Shown one piece after another: positions 10,862-24,955 of a DNA stretch of 64,000 bases. Location: the NCBI GenBank assembly GCA_963751345.1, contig CAVVUS010000040.1, forward strand, positions 32,001-96,000, written 5' to 3'. The DNA comes from an uncultured Chloroflexia bacterium (lineage in GTDB: Bacteria > Chloroflexota > Anaerolineae > B4-G1 > SLSP01). The translations under genes were made by a program, and so were the position numbers. Under the pieces are notes generated by a model that was not told the DNA's origin, ran no database searches, and was given only the letters and a program-made list of their open reading frames with translations. The number at the start of each line of letters is the position of its first letter. Within the stretch, counting starts at the first letter, position 1.

Positions 10862-11503
10862 CTAGACACGGCGCTGCGCGTGGGCTTGCAGCCACGCCAG
10901 CAGCCGCTCGTAACTCGTAATCTCCAGGTCGGCAGGCGTCTCGTGTGAGTCGGTGCCGTAGAAACAGGTCATGACGCCGGCGCGCACACCGGCAGCGATA
11001 TCCAAGTCTCGATCCCCGATTGCCAGGCACTGCAACGGCGTCAGCCCGTGACGGTCCAGGAGCGCCAGGATTGAGGCGGGGTCGGGCTTCCGCGGGAACG
11101 GGTCGTCCTCGGTGATGCAATCCGCGAAGAGCTCCGTGAGCTCGTGGGCCACCAGGAGGCCCTCCAACGACGCCCGCGCCCGGTGTGTCACCACGTAGTT
11201 GGCCCCGCCCACCGCTACGACGTAGGCGCACACCTGCCGGACGAAGGGAAACGGCGGCTGGAGCTCAGGTTCAGTCTCCTCGTACGCTTTCTCGAATCTC
11301 GACGTTACCTCGCCGGCGTCAAGCCCGTAGGTCGCGGCCACGGTCCGCAGCGCGTAGGCCGTCGTCTGCCGGAAGAGCCCCATCAGCCAGTCCGAGGGCG
11401 CGGGATGGCCGAGCGAGGCCAGCGCACGTCCACACGCCGCCACAACCGCCGGATACGTATCGAAGAGCGTCCCACCTGCATCCCAGATCAGGTGGGTGAT
11501 CAA
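10862..11503 (-). CDS. HAD-superfamily hydrolase
   Basis: WDAGGTLFDT, RKPDP, IGDRDLDI. Confidence 0.85.
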   Translation of the reverse strand: MITHLIWDAGGTLFDTYPAVVAACGRALASLGHPAPSDWLMGLFRQTTAYALRTVAATYGLDAGEVTSRFEKAYEETEPELQPPFPFVRQVCAYVVAVGGANYVVTHRARASLEGLLVAHELTELFADCITEDDPFPRKPDPASILALLDRHGLTPLQCLAIGDRDLDIAAGVRAGVMTCFYGTDSHETPADLEITSYERLLAWLQAHAQRRV

Positions 11504-12260
11504 GGCACGTCCGAGACCAGCAAACCCGGCTCGCCGAGCGGCTTCTGGGCCACCACGGTGCCATCGGCCCGGACGACGAAGGCGCCGCCAAACGACCCAT
11601 CATCCGGCAGATCCCGGCCATCAGCCAGGTAATTGACCATCAACGCCGGTGCTTCGACCGCCCTGACCCGCGCCGCGTAGGCGGGCATTTCCTCGGCATC
11701 CCACCGCGCCTGGCTCACCCCTCCACCCGCGAAAGAGCGTGCGAAAGGGAAGATCAGCCAGTCCGGCGCCAGCGCCCGTACTTGCACGAGCACGGCGTCG
11801 TCAAAGAGATCACCGCAGATCAGGAGGGCCACCGTACCCCATGGCGTGGCAACAGCGTCGACCCTCTCGCCCTGGCGATAGACATCGGGCAACGCGGCTG
11901 GGCCGTGCCATTGCGGGTTGATCCGTCGGTAAGTGAGCCGTAGCTCGCCGTCGGCGTCGATCAAGACCGCCGAGTCGTAGAGGCCACCTCCGGCGCGCTC
12001 CAGCAGCCCAAAAGCGCGTCCACACACCAAGCGCCTTCGAGAGCGCGCCGACCACGTCGGTCGCGGCACCGGGAATCGCCCGGCCCAGCGAGAGGTCGTG
12101 CACGGGATCGTCGGTGTTGCTCAATCCCGTAAGCACAGCCTCCGGAAACACGACCAGCTCTGCGCCCCGATCCGCAGCCTCTCGCAGCAGACCGACCATG
12201 GAGGCCAGGTTCGCCAGCCGGGTCCGCGCCGACGCGAACCACGCCAAGCGCGACCCTCAC
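11500..12260 (-). CDS. Carbon-nitrogen hydrolase (nitrilase family); frameshifted
   Basis: GAELVVFPE, YDSAVLID, LLICGD spread over three frames. Confidence 0.75.
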
Positions 12261-12262
12261 GC

Positions 12263-15282
<3,020 letters not shown>

Positions 15283-15299
15283 TTACCAGTCCTCTGTCG

Positions 15300-16094
15300 T
15301 TACGATTGTGACCTTTGCACCAGCATCCGTAGGCTCCCGGGACGGTACTCCAGATGATGCGTAATGTAGTGTTGCATCACGCTGGCCAACTCTGCAGCAG
15401 CGCCTTCGGGAAACGGGAACTGCTTGACCTCTTCATAGGTTCGCCGCTGCAGGGCTTGCAGCCACGATAGCGCGCTCGGCGAAAGCTGCCTAACGCCGGG
15501 CTCCTGACGGCTCGCCTTGAAACAAGACGCGCAGAGAGCTCCACCCCGCTCGGGATCGATGCCGTAAGGATTCCGGTCCGTGGGACGGGGTCGCAGCTCC
15601 TGAGCGCACAGTTCAGCGTCTCCGTCGCCAACGCAAACGTGCCACTCAGGCCGAAACCCCGCCAGCGTCAACACTCGCTGCTCATACCACCGCACCAGCA
15701 GTTCCGGTGTCTCGTCTCGCTCCAGCGCCGACAGCGTCCAATCGAGCAGCTCGTAGAGCCGCTCGTCAGCCTCACGCTCGAAGAAACGCACGACCAACTC
15801 CCCCACGTAACGAGCAAGTGTGCCGCGCTCGAAGTCATCCTGTAGGGCCGGGCGTAGGACTTCCGCCTCGGCCTGGCTGATGATGTCCCAGGAGTTCTGC
15901 ACGCGCGAGACAAGCATCTTTGTCCGCGCGAAAAGCTCCAGATGACCGGCTTTGCGCGACCGCGGCTTGCGCGTCCCCTTGGCGAGGAGATCGACACGCC
16001 CCTCAGGCGTCAGGCAGACGATCACGCGGTCGGCCTCTCCGTAATCTCGCCGACCGAGCACAATCCCCACAACCTGGTAGAGTCTCGAACGCAC
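15300..16094 (-). CDS. recO: DNA repair protein RecO
   Basis: GIVLGRRDYGEADR, AKGTRKPRSR, GFRPEWHVC, GALCASC. Confidence 0.9.
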   Translation of the reverse strand: MRSRLYQVVGIVLGRRDYGEADRVIVCLTPEGRVDLLAKGTRKPRSRKAGHLELFARTKMLVSRVQNSWDIISQAEAEVLRPALQDDFERGTLARYVGELVVRFFEREADERLYELLDWTLSALERDETPELLVRWYEQRVLTLAGFRPEWHVCVGDGDAELCAQELRPRPTDRNPYGIDPERGGALCASCFKASRQEPGVRQLSPSALSWLQALQRRTYEEVKQFPFPEGAAAELASVMQHYITHHLEYRPGSLRMLVQRSQS

Positions 16095-16262
16095 CGTTTC
16101 CCCAATCTGTGTTGACGCCACGCTTGCTCGTCCACACAATGTCCTCGATTATACCACGGCGAGCCAGCTCAGGCCCTGGCTATGCTGAGAGGCGGGGGCA
16201 GGCTCGTCGATCCAGGTACAGGTTTGCCGCCCCAGGTGTCCGGCAGCCAGAGGTCTCAACGT

Positions 16263-16775
16263 TCAGACGTCTCTCATCTCCCGACGCCCAACCCTTGACA
16301 ATGCCTTCCTCAGGGCGTTGACCGACTCAGGCTCCGCCCAATCGGTCAGGCTTAGGCGATGACCCTCGGAATCGGTAGCCCACAGGCGGGCGAGCGGATA
16401 GACGTCGGGCGGCGTGTCCTCAAATCCCTCCGTCTCGACATCAAACGCGGCGACATCATCCAGAGCCAGGGTCCAGGCACTTCGTTCGCCGACCAACAGC
16501 CACGCCCTGGACCGCTGCACCTCGCCGCCGTCCGGAAGCCGTTCCAGCGATCCCCGATCGACCAGCGGTATCGTCACGGCCAGTATGCTCGCGATGACAA
16601 CTCCTAGCACCACCAGTCCCACGGTGACCGGCCACCGCGCCGGGCTCGGTGAAGGCAGGACCAGCCCAACCAGACATAGGATGCCGATGAGCACGCCAAT
16701 CAGGATCTTTACAAGCGGGTTCCTCCTCTGCCAGGTGACCCGACTATGGCTCTCCTCGGTAATATCGATGTGCAT
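16263..16775 (-). CDS. Hypothetical protein with two TM helices
   Basis: 170-aa ORF, two hydrophobic segments, GGAG RBS. Confidence 0.6.
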   Translation of the reverse strand: MHIDITEESHSRVTWQRRNPLVKILIGVLIGILCLVGLVLPSPSPARWPVTVGLVVLGVVIASILAVTIPLVDRGSLERLPDGGEVQRSRAWLLVGERSAWTLALDDVAAFDVETEGFEDTPPDVYPLARLWATDSEGHRLSLTDWAEPESVNALRKALSRVGRREMRDV

Positions 16776-16875
16776 TCACAACTCCAATGGTGCTCAAACT
16801 CAGCAGTGTAGTATACCGCACCTCACTTGATCAGCAACGCAGTCAGCATATAATAGAGGTGTGGCCATCAATAAC

Positions 16876-19367
<2,492 letters not shown>

Positions 19368-19569
19368 ATCACCGGCCCTACGGATCCTTCTGAGGCCCGG
19401 GTGTCGGGATCCCACCGGCCTGGCTGGGTTCGCCATCCCTCGCCCTCTCTGGGTCTGTGATGACCGATTCATCAGGTCTGGACACCCGCTACCCTAACGC
19501 GTGGATCACGCTATCATATGCCCTGGGTCTGGCGGGCCAAGATCGTGGACACGAATGCGAGGAAGTGAC

Positions 19570-20091
19570 ATGAGCCTTTTCACAGGTACAGTAGGTAGGG
19601 GACCCCTTATTCAGCGCCATCGCGGGTATGTCGCCAATGATCTACAGTGGATCGAGGGCAGTCTGGAGACGCTGGGGAATCCCCACGACTACATCAATCA
19701 GGACGGACTGGACGTGTTCACACTGGATGATGCACGGATCTCGCCCTGGTCCTTCACCGGTCTACCGAACAGCCGTTCGGCGCAGATCATCGTGCGGCGG
19801 GAGAGCACCCAGTTTCTCATCTTCACCGATGAAGAGACGGTGACGCAGTTTCGCGAGCCTCCTCGCACGGAGACCCTGATCTTGAACTCGCCGCTCGCCA
19901 TCCTGCGGGGTCGCTTGCCGTTCCTCAGCGACGCCGGAGTCGCGAACTTCATGGATTTCTGGAAGGGCGACTTCGTACCGGTCATGGAGGTCCAGATTCA
20001 CTACCTGGCACCCAGCGCAGCCGATATGCCGCCGCGCGCCCGTCTGCTCTACATCAACAGAAGAGCGATCCAGAGCTACGTCGCTGTCTAG
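19570..20091 (+). CDS. Hypothetical protein
   Basis: 173-aa ORF co-oriented with, and closely spaced to, the downstream genes. Confidence 0.6.
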   Translation: MSLFTGTVGRGPLIQRHRGYVANDLQWIEGSLETLGNPHDYINQDGLDVFTLDDARISPWSFTGLPNSRSAQIIVRRESTQFLIFTDEETVTQFREPPRTETLILNSPLAILRGRLPFLSDAGVANFMDFWKGDFVPVMEVQIHYLAPSAADMPPRARLLYINRRAIQSYVAV

Positions 20092-20097
20092 GCCATA

Positions 20098-20472
20098 GTG
20101 AGAACGGCAGATGGGCGCGAGTGCCCCTACTACTACGCGGATGCGCACCGCATGGCCAGGCTCCGTGAGGTCTGTCACCTCCTTGACGGGACCACGGACA
20201 GCGCGCAATGGACCTCGCGGCTCTGCGCGTCGTGCCCCACCCCGGACATAGCGAAGGCAAACCGGTGCGAGACAATGGTGCTGCACGCCCGAATCGGCAG
20301 GCCCCAATGGCGGTTCTGGGCTCGGCAGCGGATGATGGTTACGGCCACCTGCACCAGGAGCGGCGGGCCGGTCCGGGACCCTATGGTCGGATGCGGCCTC
20401 TGTCACCCGCCCCTGGAGTTCGTCGTCCCTCCCGATTCCGATACCCCAGAAGCAAAGGAGAGAGAAGCATGA
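20098..20472 (+). CDS. Cys-rich hypothetical protein
   Basis: ECPYYY, CASC, CGLCH; overlaps the mtnP start. Confidence 0.65.
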   Translation: MRTADGRECPYYYADAHRMARLREVCHLLDGTTDSAQWTSRLCASCPTPDIAKANRCETMVLHARIGRPQWRFWARQRMMVTATCTRSGGPVRDPMVGCGLCHPPLEFVVPPDSDTPEAKEREA

Positions 20473-21344
20473 TGGAGAAAGTCGCGGTTGGCGTCATCGG
20501 TGGCTCCGGGCTCTACCAGATGGACGGGCTGGAGAACATCCGAACCGTCGAGATCGATACCCCCTACGGCAATCCCAGCGATGCCATCGTGATCGGTGAG
20601 ATCGAGGGTGTCGCGGCGGCATTTCTGCCGCGGCACGGGCGCGGCCACATCCTTACGCCGACAGAGGTACCGTACCAGGCAAACATCCACGCTCTCAAGC
20701 AGCTAGGGGCGAGCCGAATCGTCAGTGTGTCCGCATGTGGTTCTCTTCGCGAGCACCTGGCGCCCGGCGACATCGTGATACCTGACCAGATATTCGACTT
20801 CACTAAGCTGCGCAAGAGCACCTTCTTTGGTGACGGGCTCGTCGCCCATGTCTCGGTCGCTGACCCCTTCTGCTCGCAGCTCTCCGAGGCACTCGCGGTG
20901 GCAGTTGAGGCTTCTGGCGGTCCGGTACACCGGGGCGGGACCTACATCACCATCGAGGGGCCACGCTTCAGCACCAAGGCCGAGAGCCGTGTGTTCCGTG
21001 CGTGGGGGATGGATGTCATTGGTATGACGGCCAGTCCCGAGATCTTCCTCGCCAGGGAGGCCGGGATGTGCTACACGACGATGGCGCATGTGACCGACTA
21101 CGACGTCTGGCACGAGTCCGAAGATCCTGTTACCGTCGAGATGGTCATCCGCCAACTCAACGCCAACGTGCATCTCGCGCAGGACGCTATCCGCAGGCTC
21201 ATCCCGCAACTGGCAGGCACGACCTTCACCTGTGAGTGCGGAGGTGCGCTGGCTACGGCTCTGATCACCGACCGAAGCCGGATTCCCGATGCGACCAGGC
21301 GCAAGGTCTCCCTCCTGACCGGCTCCTCTCTGAGCGAGGCCTGA
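20469..21344 (+). CDS. mtnP: S-methyl-5'-thioadenosine phosphorylase
   Basis: GVIGGSGLY, PRHGRGH, EGPRFSTKAES, IGMT, VTDYDVW. Confidence 0.93.
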   Translation: MMEKVAVGVIGGSGLYQMDGLENIRTVEIDTPYGNPSDAIVIGEIEGVAAAFLPRHGRGHILTPTEVPYQANIHALKQLGASRIVSVSACGSLREHLAPGDIVIPDQIFDFTKLRKSTFFGDGLVAHVSVADPFCSQLSEALAVAVEASGGPVHRGGTYITIEGPRFSTKAESRVFRAWGMDVIGMTASPEIFLAREAGMCYTTMAHVTDYDVWHESEDPVTVEMVIRQLNANVHLAQDAIRRLIPQLAGTTFTCECGGALATALITDRSRIPDATRRKVSLLTGSSLSEA

Positions 21345-21358
21345 CCGACCTCCAAAGC

Positions 21359-24049
21359 ATGGGCACGCGACCGATCTCTCGCCGGAGCGTCTGGCACATC
21401 ATGTCAGACACGACGGTGAGCACACTCCTCTTCGCCGCGGCGGCGCTCTTCATGGCGGTAGGGCTCGTCACGCTGCACTTCGCGCCCAGCCCCCAGGGGC
21501 TTGACGTCTGGCATCTCCTGGCGGTTGGACTGGGCTGGGCGATCGCCTGGGGCGGTAGTGCGCGGCTTCTGAGCTCGCGCCGGGCAGAGTTCGATCGTAT
21601 CCTCCTGCCGCTCGTCGCGCTGCTCACCGGATGGGGACTTCTGATGCAGGCGCGTTTGGCGCCCGCGATGCTCTACCGGCAAGTGCTGTGGCTGCTGATC
21701 GGGTGCGGTGTGATGTGCGCAGCCGCGCTGACTCCCGGGCTCGCCCGACTGCTCCGCCGCTACCGCTATACGCTCCTGACAGTGGGAATCCTCCTGCTTG
21801 GGGCGACCCTCGTCTTCGGCGTCAACCCCTCCGGCTACGGTCAGGAGTTGTGGCTGGGCGCATTTGGTGTCTACGTGCAGCCATCGGAACCGCTCAAGCT
21901 CCTGCTGGTCATCTACCTGGCGGCTTACCTCTCCGATAAGCGAGACCTGCCAAAGACTAAGGCCGCAAACCGCCCTATATGGATGGCCGTGCTGGGGCCG
22001 ATGGCGGCCATGGTCGGCCTGGCGCTTCTTCTGCTGGGTTGGCAGCAGGACTTGGGCGCGGCGCTGCTCTTCTACCTCACGTTCGTGATGATGGTCTTCC
22101 TCGCGTGGGGGAACGGTTGGTACGTTCTGCTGAGCTTGGTCTTCTTCCTGCCGGTTGGTCTGGCGGGCTACCTGCTCTCTGCCAGGGTCGCCCTTCGCGT
22201 CAGCATCTGGCTAAATCCCTGGGCGCCCGCACAGGCCGATCGCGCTTTCCAGATCCTTCAATCGCTCTTCGCCTTTGGCGCGGGGGGACTTATCGGCCAG
22301 GGGCTGGGACAGGGCGCCCCCGGCTTGATCCCGGCGGTGCACACGGACTTTGTCTATGCGGCCCTCGCCGAGGAATTCGGGGCGTTTGGCACCATCGCAG
22401 TTCTCCTGTTGATGGCAGCCGTCGTCTACAGGGGAATCCGACTGGCGCAGCGGTCCGAATCCACGTTCGAATCATTGGTTGCAGGAGGGATCGCGGCCCT
22501 GATAGGCATTCAGACCTGGGTCATCGCGGGCGGCAACACCAAGCTAATCCCCATCACCGGCGTCACGTTCCCTTTCTTGAGCTACGGAGGCTCCTCACTT
22601 CTCACGATGCTGACCGCGGTAGGCCTCCTCCTGAATCTGTCGGCCCCCCACGCGCTGCCGCTCAGTCTGACGCTCGAGCCGAGTGCGAATCGGCCGCTGA
22701 GAGACACCGCCGGTCGCCTCGGCCAGGGCATGCTTATTCTGTTCGGGAGTCTCTCTCTGATCACCGGCCTGTGGTCATTGGTCCGCTCGCGAGAGCTACA
22801 GCAGTACCCCAGCAACCCACGGATCGTCCTCTCCGAAAGTCGCATACAACGGGGGAGAATCCTCGACCGTAACGGCAACAGCCTCGCAGACATCGTCCTG
22901 GATGACCAGGGCTACGTCACCCGGAGCTACCCGCTGCCCGAGGCCGCGCCGGTCATCGGGTTCTCGACGCTGGCTTACGGCACCGACGGCATCGAGGCGG
23001 CCTGCGATGCCCGGCTGCGTGGCGACGTCGGCTTGTCGGCGTGGGAGGGGTTGCGCCGGAGTCTGCTCCATATCGACCCGATCGGCCGTGACGTGCGGCT
23101 TACCATTGACGCCCGTCTTCAGGCGTACGCAGAGGATCGACTCCATGATCTTACCGGCGCCGTGGTCCTGGTAGATGCCCGTACCGGTGAGATCCTGGCG
23201 CTCGGGTCGTCGCCGGCCTACAACTCGGCAACGGTGGCAGAGGTGTGGCCGGAGCTGAGCGCCGCCGCGAATTCGCCCTTCCTCAATCGTGCGACACAGG
23301 GCCTCGCTCAGCCCGGCACGAGTCTCCAGCCTTTTATCCTGGCCTCGGCACTTCAGCAGGAGCCAACCCTTCAGCCGGCGGAACCGATCACGCAGTCTGT
23401 GACCTTCAATGGCATCACGGTCGCGTGCAGCGGTGTGCCCGCCGACGGCAGTTGGGGCGCTGCACTCAGCTCGGCCTGCCCCGCTCCCTTCAAGCAGGCA
23501 GCGCGCGGGATGGGCAGCGCCGCATTCACCGAAAGCCTCGCCCGCTGGGGATTCCTGGACGCGCCAACCCTCACCCTACCCACCGTGGCCTCAGACCTCC
23601 AGGAGCGGCCGCTTGAGCCTGCTGAGGAGGCCCTCGGGCAAGGGAACCTCCTGGTTACTCCCTTGCAGATGGCGCAGGCGATGGCCGCACTGGGTAACGA
23701 TGGGGTCCGTCCCGACTTGAGCGTACTGGACGCCCCACTGGACGGGTGTACGCCAACCGCGCCATCGTCCGGCGCGGGCGTCCGCGTAATAGACGCGGAG
23801 ACGGCGGAGCAGGTACGGCAGATGCTGGATACGTACCCTGGCGCCGTGGGGCACCTCGGCACATCTTTCGCCGGACCCGATCGCCAGCAAGCATGGTTCG
23901 TCGGCCTGAACTCAGCAAGCGTGCCACGCTATGCCGTCGCCGTCCTGATCGACCACATGGAGGATCCACAGCTCGCCGCAGAAATCGGCACGGATCTTCT
24001 CAGGCTGCTGCCCGAGCTCCAACGCACTGAGGCCACCGGCCCCGACTAG
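21359..24049 (+). CDS. FtsW/RodA (SEDS) fused to a penicillin-binding transpeptidase-fold domain with degenerate motifs
   Basis: QPSEPLK, QDLG, HTDF, PITGVTFPFLSYGGSS, then RGRILDRNG, GEILAL, LNRATQG, VTPLQMA; start uncertain (21359 or 21401). Confidence 0.88.
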   Translation: MGTRPISRRSVWHIMSDTTVSTLLFAAAALFMAVGLVTLHFAPSPQGLDVWHLLAVGLGWAIAWGGSARLLSSRRAEFDRILLPLVALLTGWGLLMQARLAPAMLYRQVLWLLIGCGVMCAAALTPGLARLLRRYRYTLLTVGILLLGATLVFGVNPSGYGQELWLGAFGVYVQPSEPLKLLLVIYLAAYLSDKRDLPKTKAANRPIWMAVLGPMAAMVGLALLLLGWQQDLGAALLFYLTFVMMVFLAWGNGWYVLLSLVFFLPVGLAGYLLSARVALRVSIWLNPWAPAQADRAFQILQSLFAFGAGGLIGQGLGQGAPGLIPAVHTDFVYAALAEEFGAFGTIAVLLLMAAVVYRGIRLAQRSESTFESLVAGGIAALIGIQTWVIAGGNTKLIPITGVTFPFLSYGGSSLLTMLTAVGLLLNLSAPHALPLSLTLEPSANRPLRDTAGRLGQGMLILFGSLSLITGLWSLVRSRELQQYPSNPRIVLSESRIQRGRILDRNGNSLADIVLDDQGYVTRSYPLPEAAPVIGFSTLAYGTDGIEAACDARLRGDVGLSAWEGLRRSLLHIDPIGRDVRLTIDARLQAYAEDRLHDLTGAVVLVDARTGEILALGSSPAYNSATVAEVWPELSAAANSPFLNRATQGLAQPGTSLQPFILASALQQEPTLQPAEPITQSVTFNGITVACSGVPADGSWGAALSSACPAPFKQAARGMGSAAFTESLARWGFLDAPTLTLPTVASDLQERPLEPAEEALGQGNLLVTPLQMAQAMAALGNDGVRPDLSVLDAPLDGCTPTAPSSGAGVRVIDAETAEQVRQMLDTYPGAVGHLGTSFAGPDRQQAWFVGLNSASVPRYAVAVLIDHMEDPQLAAEIGTDLLRLLPELQRTEATGPD

Positions 24050-24095
24050 TCCCCAGATATCATAGTCAGTTTCTAACTCTGCGCTAGTTTTTGGT

Positions 24096-24123
24096 TTGAC
24101 AAGCCTTCATTTTCTAATATCAT
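24096..24123 (+). promoter_or_regulatory. Promoter of the response regulator operon
   Basis: TTGACA-16-TATCAT in an AT-rich gap. Confidence 0.6.
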
Positions 24124-24250
24124 AGAGTTAGAGTGTAGACGGACTCTGTCTGAACCCTGAACTCATCTGTACGTCTTGCCTGGCCGGGTTGAGGGACTGC
24201 CTTTGCCTGGCCGGTGATCGCCACCTAGCAGAGCTGTCGAGGAGCACGAT

Positions 24251-24952
24251 ATGAGCGAAACGATCCTTCTGATTGAAGACGATGAGGCACTGGCGCAGCT
24301 TGTGCAACTCCTGTTGGAACGCGCCGGGTACACCGTTCAGGCAGCGAACAGCGGCGAAGCTGGACTCAAGCTCGCTCGTGAGAGCCCACTGAATCTGGTC
24401 CTACTCGACATCCTGATGCCCGATATGGATGGATGGCACGTCTACGAGGCGCTCCGACGAATCACGGATGCGCCGGTGCTCTTCCTGACGGCCCTGGGCG
24501 ATGAGCACAACATTACGTACGGCCTGGGACTTGGGGCGGATGACTACATCGTGAAGCCCTTCGGCTACAAGGAGCTCGTAACCCGCGTCAAAGCCGCGCT
24601 TTCGCGCGCCCGGCGCGCACGTGGCGAGCAGACGGTTTTTGAAACGGGCACGCTCCAGGTCAACCTTGACACCCATGAGGTCAAGATCGACAGTCGCGAA
24701 GTCAGCCTTACGCCTACAGAATTCCAATTGCTCTCCGCGCTCGTCCAGGATGCCGGCCGTACCGTCACCCACGACACACTGCTCCGGCGGGTTTGGGGAC
24801 CCGAGTACTCAAATCGGCGTGATTACCTGAAACTCTACATCTGGTACCTGCGCCAGAAGATCGAGAAAGACCCACGTGACCCCGAGCGGATCATCAGCGA
24901 GCGCGGCCAGGGATACCGCCTGGTCGTCGAGCCGCAGGAGGTCGAGGCATAG
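24251..24952 (+). CDS. OmpR/PhoB-family response regulator
   Basis: LIEDD, LLDILMPDMDG, FLTA, DDYIVKPF, winged helix LTPTEF..LRQKIE..RGQGY. Confidence 0.93.
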   Translation: MSETILLIEDDEALAQLVQLLLERAGYTVQAANSGEAGLKLARESPLNLVLLDILMPDMDGWHVYEALRRITDAPVLFLTALGDEHNITYGLGLGADDYIVKPFGYKELVTRVKAALSRARRARGEQTVFETGTLQVNLDTHEVKIDSREVSLTPTEFQLLSALVQDAGRTVTHDTLLRRVWGPEYSNRRDYLKLYIWYLRQKIEKDPRDPERIISERGQGYRLVVEPQEVEA

Positions 24953-24955
24953 ACC

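Noticed and set aside
20208-20468. N-terminal extensions in track ORFs (mtnP, parA, rnpA, nrdD, ppgK)
   Set aside because: Downstream starts match family N-termini, usually with an RBS; the extensions overlap neighbouring genes or leaders.
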